Assembly: GCA_964016885.1 (NCBI GenBank)
Contig: OZ024757.1
Coordinates: 496,001-560,000, forward strand
Reading direction: 5' to 3'
DNA from: Eledone cirrhosa
Taxonomy: Eukaryota
DNA length: 64,000 bases
A program made the position numbers and the translations under genes. Within the stretch, counting starts at the first letter, position 1, and each line of letters opens with the position of its first letter. Positions 1 through 7,400 of this stretch are shown piece by piece. Under the pieces are notes generated by a model. That model saw only the letters and a list, made by a program, of their open reading frames with translations. It did not search any database and had not been told where the DNA came from.

Positions 1-141
1 GTCTCATGTCACTAACATGACCACTCTACAGGGTGGACTGGCTACTTCGAGCTAGCGTGATTGCATGTATCAACACGATGATACAATATAACAGGAAGAC
101 GGAAGAAGAGGTGAAGCATAGAAATAAACAATATGACTTAC

Positions 142-154
142 TGTGTGTGTGTGT
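142..154. repeat. (TG)6 microsatellite
   Basis: tgtgtgtgtgtgt read directly. Confidence 0.7.
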
Positions 155-258
155 CTATTCTTAGTATACGTTATTCGTCTCAAGGACTGCTGGTTCGATC
201 TGGCTGTTTGGCTGTAGTCTATGTAAGATGTCAACAGTGTCAACAGTGCCACCACCAA
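142..258 (-). other. Candidate internal exon (117 nt) of an unidentified gene
   Basis: The minus strand reads TTTGTAG|TTGGTGG...CACACA|GTAAGT, i.e. an AG acceptor and a consensus GTAAGT donor. Length is a multiple of 3 and frame 0 is open (LVVALLTLLTSYIDYSQTARSNQQSLRRITYTKNRHTHT). No recognisable homology, and the end overlaps a (TG)6 microsatellite. Confidence 0.2.
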
Positions 259-429
259 CTACAAACATGACTTAGAGTTACCTACCTTAGAGTGTGTACA
301 AACACAATACCCTCAAACTGTATGGAGGTGTTTTTGTTCAAGGGCTAAATATTAAGTAGATATGACATACACACAGAAGAGATATAAAGTATGTATGACA
401 AAATGTGCTGCAGCCAATAGAGGAGAGAG

Positions 430-656
430 CAGGTGTTGATATTAAAGCAGGTGTGTGTTGTTGGTTAATGTTGATTGAACAGGTGTTGTTTACTGGTTTT
501 AGTAGTACCACTTGTCATATAGGAGAGAGACGTTCAATACTGAAGCTTGTGTTTGTTGCTTTAGTGTCAGCTACTATGTTGATTGTAAATGAGGCTAATT
601 AGTCATTTACACAGGTGAAAAAACTATATATTTTCACCTGTCTCAAAGTCCAGCTG
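430..656. promoter_or_regulatory. E-box cluster (CAGGTG/CACCTG x5, CACTTG, CAGCTG), possible enhancer/silencer
   Basis: CAGGTG at 430, 448, 480 and 612; CACCTG at 635; CACTTG at 509; CAGCTG at 651. A CCAAT motif (AGCCAATAG) lies at 412-420. Motif match only. Confidence 0.3.
611..641. repeat. 11-bp perfect inverted repeat with 9-nt loop
   Basis: ACAGGTGAAAA (611-621) / TTTTCACCTGT (631-641). Confidence 0.75.
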
Positions 657-739
657 TAGGCAGAGGTAAGCACTGTGATGACGAGAACCATTTTAGTTTG
701 AAATGCAGAGACAAATATACTCCTTGCCTTTGCTGAATT

Positions 740-755
740 CCACTAGATGGCGCTG
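740..755 (+). promoter_or_regulatory. CTCF-binding motif
   Basis: CCACTAGATGGCGCTG matches the bilaterian CTCF core consensus CCAC(C/T)AG(A/G)(G/T)GGCGC at every position. Confidence 0.6.
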
Positions 756-836
756 GCTGTCAGTCTTCTATTTATAACTGAGGCTTTCAAAATGTTTATT
801 TATTAAACATGCCGTATATCTTAGATGTAGTAAATT

Positions 837-874
837 CACACATACACACACACACACATATTATATATATATAT
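837..874. repeat. Compound (CA)n/(TA)n microsatellite
   Basis: cacacatacacacacacacacatattatatatatatat; (CA)7 at 845-858 and (TA)6 at 862-873. Confidence 0.85.
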
Positions 875-1061
875 GGGAAAAGAGTCAGGACCCCGACGGC
901 TGAGTTCTGGCCGTTTTGACAGCTAGTTCAGATCCATCTGTCAAAACGGCCAGAACTCACCGTCGGGGTCCTGACTCTTTTCCTATTACCCACTCTACTA
1001 CCCTAAGTATCGAGTACTCTGGTGTGTTATGGTCCACCTGGTTCCTTACCACACTTTCTTC

Positions 1062-1063
<2 letters not shown>
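875..1063. mobile_element. Putative transposon fragment (MITE-like, or inverted/truncated Penelope-like piece) inserted in a (TA)n tract
   Basis: A ~190-bp block, more GC-rich than its surroundings, bounded by TA microsatellites on both sides (862-874 and 1064-1111). It contains the long inverted repeat plus an ~80-bp unpaired tail. Family assignment is inference. Confidence 0.45.
876..983. repeat. Long hairpin: 46-bp inverted arms, 15-nt loop
   Basis: Left arm 876-922 GGAAAAGAGTCAGGACCCCGACGG(C)TGAGTTCTGGCCGTTTTGACAG. Right arm 938-983 is its exact reverse complement apart from the extra C at 900. Loop CTAGTTCAGATCCAT. Confidence 0.95.

Positions 1064-1111
<48 letters not shown>
1064..1111. 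repeat. (TA)24 microsatellite
   Basis: 48-bp pure TA run; it explains the YIYIYI tail of the 916..1128 ORF. Confidence 0.97.
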
Positions 1112-1114
<3 letters not shown>

Positions 1115-1179
1115 ATATGTACGGATAAAATTTGTTTGTGTGGATCAGTGTACAAACAAAAATAAGTAAGATTGCTTAC

Positions 1180-1252
1180 CAAAGTATTTTTCTTGACATG
1201 GTCTTTGTATATTGTAAGATGCAGCGACCTCACCTCGAACTTTGAAATCTTT
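1180..1252 (-). other. Candidate internal exon (73 nt)
   Basis: The minus strand reads TTTCATCAG|AAAGATTTC...TACTTTG|GTAAGC, with two open frames (KDFKVRGEVAASYNIQRPCQEKYF or KISKFEVRSLHLTIYKDHVKKNTL). No recognised homology. Confidence 0.2.
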
Positions 1253-1301
1253 CTGATGAAATGTAGTATTTTATGTATTGCTAGTGACTGCGCATAATAA
1301 T

Positions 1302-1477
1302 TGTTTCTACTTTTGGCACAAGGCCAGCAATTAACCAGTACATTACTGGTACTTTATTTTATCGACCCCGTAAGGATGAAAGGCAAAGTTAACCTTGGCA
1401 GGATTTAAACTCAGACCGTAAAGGGTTGTAACTATGCTAGAAAGCATGGCTTCCAACCCTCTACCGATACTGCCAAT
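1302..1477 (-). mobile_element. tRNA-derived SINE, degenerate and probably internally deleted; resembles abundant Octopus SINEs
   Basis: Minus strand: A-box-like TGGCAGTATCGG (1475-1464) and B-box-like GAGTTTAAATCC (1412-1401), then AACTTTGCCTTTCATCCTTACGGGGTCGATAAAATAAAGTACCAG, resembling the conserved central domain of widespread metazoan SINEs, and a 3' end GGCCTTGTGCCAAAAGTAGAAACAATTATTAT. Flanked by direct repeats TG(C/T)GCATAATAAT (1289-1301, 1478-1490). The Octopus similarity is from recall, not a search. Confidence 0.75.
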
Positions 1478-4400
1478 TGTGCATAATAATAATATGTAAC
1501 CAGCAGTTGAAGACTGATATTGTATTGAAACATGGGTTAAAGAATGGACTTTGATTAAATTCTTCTCTTCTAACCTATACTTCATGCCTAGTGACATTGG
1601 GGTGAAGACAATACCTACTAGGGTGAGATAGTGTCATTGGGGTGAAGACAGTAGCTACTAGGGTGAGATAGTGACATTGGGGTGAATACAGTAGCTACTA
1701 GCGTGAGATAGTGACATTGGTGTGAAGACAGTAGCTACTAGGGTGAAATAGTGACATTGGGGTGAAGACTAGCTACTAGGGTGAGATAGTGACATTGGTT
1801 GGAAGACAATAGCTACTAGGGTGAAATAGTGACATTGGTGTGAAGACAGTAGCTACTAGGTTAAGATAGTGACATTGGGGTGACAACAGTAGCTACTTGG
1901 GTGAGATAATGAAATTGGGGTGAAGACAATAGCTACTAGGGTGAGATAGTGACATTGGGGTGAAGACAATAGCTACTAGAGTGAGATAGTGACATTGGTG
2001 TGAAGACAGTAGCTACTAGGGTTAGATAGTGACATTGGGGTGAAGACAGTAGCTACTAGGGTGAGATAGTGACATTGGGGTGAAGACTAGCGACTAGGGT
2101 GAGATAGTGAAATTGGGATGAAGACCGTAGCTACTAGGGTGAGATAGTGACATTAGGGTGAATACATTAGCTACTAGGGTGAGATAGTGACATTGGGGTG
2201 AAGAAAGTAGCTACTGGGTGAGATAGTGACATTGGGGTGAAGACAGAAGCTACTAGGGAGTGATAGTTACATTAGGGTGAAGACAGTAGATACTAGGGTG
2301 AGATAGTGACATTAGAGTGAAGACAGTAGTTACTAGGGTGAGATAGTGACATTGGGGTGGAGACAATAGTTACTAGGGTGAGATAGTGACATTGGGGTGG
2401 AGGCAATAGTTACTAGGGTGAGATAGTGACATTGGGGTGAAGACAGTAGCTACTAGGGTCAGATAGTGACATTGGGGTGAGATAGAGACATTGGGGTGTA
2501 GACAATAGTTACTAGGGTGAGATAGTATCATTAGGGTGAAGACAGTAGATACTAGAGTGAGATAGTGATCTTGGGGTGAAGACAATAGCTACTAGGGTGC
2601 GATAGATGACATTATGGTGAAGACAATAGCTACTCGGGTGAGAGAGTGACATTGGTGTGAAGACATTAGCTACATGGGTGAGATAGTGACATTGGTGTGA
2701 AGACAGTAGTTACTAGGGTGAGATAGGGACATTGGGGTGACAACAGTAGCTACTAGGGTGAGATAGTGACATTGGTGTGAAGACAGTAGCTTCTAGGGTG
2801 AGATAGTGACATTGGTGTGAAGACAGTAGCTACTAGGGTGAGATAGTGACATTGGGGTGAAGACTAGCTACTAGGATGAGATAGTGACATTGGTTGGAAG
2901 ACAATAGCTACTAGGGTGAGATAGTGACATTGGGGTGACAACAGTAGCTACTAGGGTGAGATAGTGACATTGGGGTGAAGACAGTAGCTACTGGGTGAGA
3001 TAGTGACATTGGGGTGGAGACAATAGTTACTAGGGAGTGATAGTTACATTAGGGTGAAGACAGTAGCTACTAGGGTGAGATAGTGACATTAGAGTGAAGA
3101 CAGTAGTTACTAGGGTGAGATAGTGACATTGGGGTGGAGACAATAGTTACTAGGGTGAGATAGTGACATTGGGGTGGAGGCAATAGTTACTAGGGTGAGA
3201 TAGTGACATTGGGGTGAAGACAGTAGATACTAGGGTCAGATAGTGACGTTGGGGTGAGATAGAGACATTGTGCTGTAGACAATAGTTACTAGGGTGAGAT
3301 AGTATCATTAGGGTGAAGACAGTAGATACTAGAGTGAGATAGTGATCTTGGGGTGAAGACAATAGCTACTAGGGTGCGATAGATGACATTATGGTGAAGA
3401 CAATAGCTACTCGGGTGAGAGAGTGACATTGGTGTGAAGACATTAGCTACATGGGTGAGATAGTGACATTGGGGTGAAGACAATAGCTACTAGGGTGAGA
3501 TAGTGACATTGGGGTGAAGACAGTAGCTATTTGGGTGAGATAGTGACATTGGGGTGAAGACACTAGCTACTAGGGTGAGATAGTGACATTGGGGTGGAGA
3601 CAGTAGCTACTAGGGTGAGATAGTGACATTAGGGTGAAGACAGTAGCTACAAGGGTGGGATAGTGACATTGGGTTGAAGACAATAGCTACTAGGGTGAGA
3701 TAGTGACATTAGGGTGAATACAGTAACTACTAGGGTGAGATAGTGACATTGGGGTGAAGACAGTAACTACTAGGGTGAGATAGTGACATTGGGGTAAAGA
3801 GAGTAGCTACTAGGGTTAGATAGTGACATTGGAGTGGAGAAAATAGCTACTAGAGTGAGAGAGTGACATTGGTGTGAAGACATTAGCTACTAGGGTGAGA
3901 TAGGGACATTGGGGTGACAACAGTAGCTACTAGGGTGAGATAGTGATATTGGGGTGTCAACAGTAGCTACTAGGGTGAGATAGTGACATTGGGGTGAAGA
4001 CAGTAGCTACTGGGTGAGATAGTGACATTGGGATGAAGACAGAAGCTACTAGGTTGGGATAGTGACATTAGGGTGAAGACAGTAGCTACTAGGGTGAGAT
4101 AGTGACATTGGGATGAAGACAGAAGCTACTAGGTTGGGATAGTGACATTGGGGTGGAGACAGTTGCTACTAGGGTGAGATAGTGACATTAGGGTGAAGAC
4201 AGTAGCTACTAGGGTGGGATAGTGACATTGGCTTGAAGACAGTAACTACTAGGGTGAGATAGTGACATTGGGGTAAAGAGAGTAGCTACTAGCGTGATAT
4301 AGTGACATTGGGGTGGAGAAAATAGCTACTAGGGTGAGAGAGTGACATTGGTGTGAAGACATTAGCTACTAGGGTGAGATAGTGACATTGGGGTGAAGAC

Positions 4401-7400
4401 AGTAGCTACTAGTGTGAGATAGTGACATTGGTGTGAAGACAGTAGTTACTAGGGTGAGATAGGGACATTGGGGTGACAACAGTAGCTACTAGGGTGAGAT
4501 AGTGACATTGGTGTGAAGACAGTAGCTACTAGGGTGAGATAGTGACATTGGTGTGAAGACAGTAGCTACTAGGGTGAGATAGTGACATTGGGGTGAAGAC
4601 TAGCTACTAGGGTGAGATAGTGACATTGGTTGGAAGACAATAGCTACTAGGGTGAGATAGTGACATTGGGGTGACAACAGTAGCTACTAGGGTGAGATAG
4701 TGACATTGGGGTGAAGACAGTAGCTACTGGGTGAGATAGTGACATTGGGGTGGAGACAATAGTTACTAGGGAGTGATAGTTACATTAGGGTGAAGACAGT
4801 AGCTACTAGGGTGAGATAGTGACATTAGAGTGAAGACAGTAGTTACTAGGGTGAGATAGTGACATTGGGGTGGAGACAATAGTTACTAGGGTGAGATAGT
4901 GACATTGGGGTGGAGGCAATAGTTACTAGGGTGAGATAGTGACATTGGGGTGAAGACAGTAGATACTAGGGTCAGATAGTGACGTTGGGGTGAGATAGAG
5001 ACATTGTGCTGTAGACAATAGTTACTAGGGTGAGATAGTATCATTAGGGTGAAGACAGTAGATACTAGAGTGAGATAGTGATCTTGGGGTGAAGACAATA
5101 GCTACTAGGGTGCGATAGATGACATTATGGTGAAGACAATAGCTACTCGGGTGAGAGAGTGACATTGGTGTGAAGACATTAGCTACTTGGGTGAGATAGT
5201 GACATTGGGGTGAAGACAATAGCTACTAGGGTGAGATAGTGACATTGGGGTGAAGACAGTAGCTATTTGGGTGAGATAGCTACATTGGGGTGAAGACACT
5301 AGCTACTAGGGTGAGATAGTGACATTGGGGTGAAGACAGTAGCTACTAGGGTGGGATAGTGACATTGGGTTGAAAACAATAGCTACTAGGGTGAGATAGT
5401 GACATTGGGGTGAAGACAGTAACTACTAGGGTGAGATAGTGACATTGGGGTAAAGAGAGTTGCTACTAGGGTGAGATAGTGACATTGGGGTAAAGAGAGT
5501 AGCTACTAGGGTGAGATAGTGACATTGGAGTGGAGAAAATAGCTACTAGGGTGAGAGAGTGACATTGGTGTGAAGACATTAGCTACTAGGGTGAGATAGG
5601 GACATTGGGGTGACAACAGTAGCTACTAGGGTGAGATAGTGACATTGGGGTGACAACAGTAGCTACTAGGGTGAGATCGTGACATTGGGGTGAAGACAGT
5701 AGCTACTGGGTGAGATAGTGACATTGGGGTGAAGACAATAGCTACTAGGGTGAGATAGTGACATTGGGGTGGAGAAAATAGCTACTAGGGTGAGAGAGTG
5801 ACATTGGTGTGAAGACATTAGCTACTAGGGTGAGATAGTGACATTGGGGTGAAGACAGTAGCTACTAGGGTGAGATAGTGACATTGGTGTGAAGACAGTA
5901 GTTACTAGGGTGAGATAGGGACATTGGGGTGACAACAGTAGCTACTAGGGTGAGATAGTGACATTGGGGTGAAGACAGTAGCTACTGGGTGAGATAGTGA
6001 CATTGGGGTGAAGACAATAGCTACTAGGGTGAGATAGTGACATTGGGGTGGAGAAAATAGCTACTAGGGTGAGAGAGTGACATTGGTGTGAAGACATTAG
6101 CTACTAGGGTGAGATAGGGACATTGGGGTGACAACAGTAGCTACTAGGGTGAGATAGTGACATTGGTGTGAAGACAGTAGTTACTAGGGTGAGATAGGGA
6201 CATTGGGGTGACAACAGTAGCTACTAGGGTGAGATAGTGACATTGGTGTGAAGACAGTAGCTACTAGGGTGAGATAGTGACATTGGTGTGAAGACAGTAG
6301 CTACTAGGGTGAGATAGTGACATTGGGGTGAAGACTAGCTACTAGGGTGAGATAGTGACATTGGTTGGAAGACAATAGCTACTAGGGTGAGATAGTGACA
6401 TTGGGGTGACAACAGTAGCTACTAGGGTGAGATAGTGACATTGGGGTGAATACAGTAGCTACTAGGGTGAGATAGTGACATTGGGGTGAAGACAGAAGCT
6501 ACTAGGGAGTGATAGTTACATTAGGGTGAAGACAGTAGCTACTAGGGTGAGATAGTGACATTAGAGTGAAGACAGTAGTTACTAGGGTGAGATAGTGACA
6601 TTGGGGTGGAGACAATAGTTACTAGGGTGAGATAGTGACATTGGGGTGGAGGCAATAGTTACTAGGGTGAGATAGTGACATTGGGGTGAAGACAGTAGAT
6701 ACTAGGGTCAGATAGTGACGTTGGGGTGAGATAGAGACATTGTGCTGTATACAATAGTTACTAGGGTGAGATAGTATCATTAGGGTGAAGACAGTAGATA
6801 CTAGAGTGAGATAGTGATCTTGGGGTGAAGACAATAGCTACTAGGGTGCGATAGATGACATTATGGTGAAGACAATAGCTACTCGGGTGAGAGAGTGACA
6901 TTGGTGTGAAGACATTAGCTACTTGGGTGAGATAGTGACATTGGGGTGAAGACAATAGCTACTAGGGTGAGATAGTGACATTGGCGTGAAGACAGTAGCT
7001 ATTTGGGTGAGATAGTGACATTGGGGTGAAGACACTAGCTACTAGGGTGAGATAGTGACATTGGGGTGGAGACAGTAGCTACTAGGGTGAGATAGTGACA
7101 TTGGAGTGGAGAAAATAGCTACTAGGGTGAGAGAGTGACATTGGTGTGAAGACATTAGCTACTAGGGTGAGATATGGACATTGGGGTGAAAACAGTAGCT
7201 ACTAGGGTGAGATAGTGACATTGGGGTGACAACAGTAGCTACTAGGGTGAGATCGTGACATTGGGGTGAAGACAGTAGCTACTGGGTGAGATAGTGACAT
7301 TGGGATGAAGACAGAAGCTACTAGGTTGGGATAGTGACATTAGGGTGAAGACAGTAGCTACTAGGGTGAGATAGTGACATTGGGATGAAGACAGAAGCTA

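Noticed and set aside
229-248. 9-bp tandem duplication TGTCAACAG x2
   Set aside because: A minor slippage event or footprint with no associated element.
405-602. 65-aa ORF
   Set aside because: GTG start, low-complexity TG-rich sequence and no recognisable domain.
876-983. Hairpin as a rho-independent terminator or canonical pre-miRNA
   Set aside because: Eukaryotic context and a stem that is too long and perfect; a transposon-derived fold-back is more parsimonious, though small-RNA production is not excluded.
916-1128. 70-aa ORF
   Set aside because: It runs through the hairpin arm and the (TA)24 tract (YIYIYI) and has a non-ATG start.
1131-1160. 9-bp inverted repeat TTTGTTTGT/ACAAACAAA
   Set aside because: Short and low-complexity; plausible by chance in AT-rich DNA.
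1401-1477. Functional tRNA gene
   Set aside because: A/B boxes are degenerate, no cloverleaf is evident, and it continues into a SINE body.
1343-1597. 84-aa minus-strand ORF
   Set aside because: It starts inside the first satellite monomer and reads through the SINE, so it is a chance ORF.
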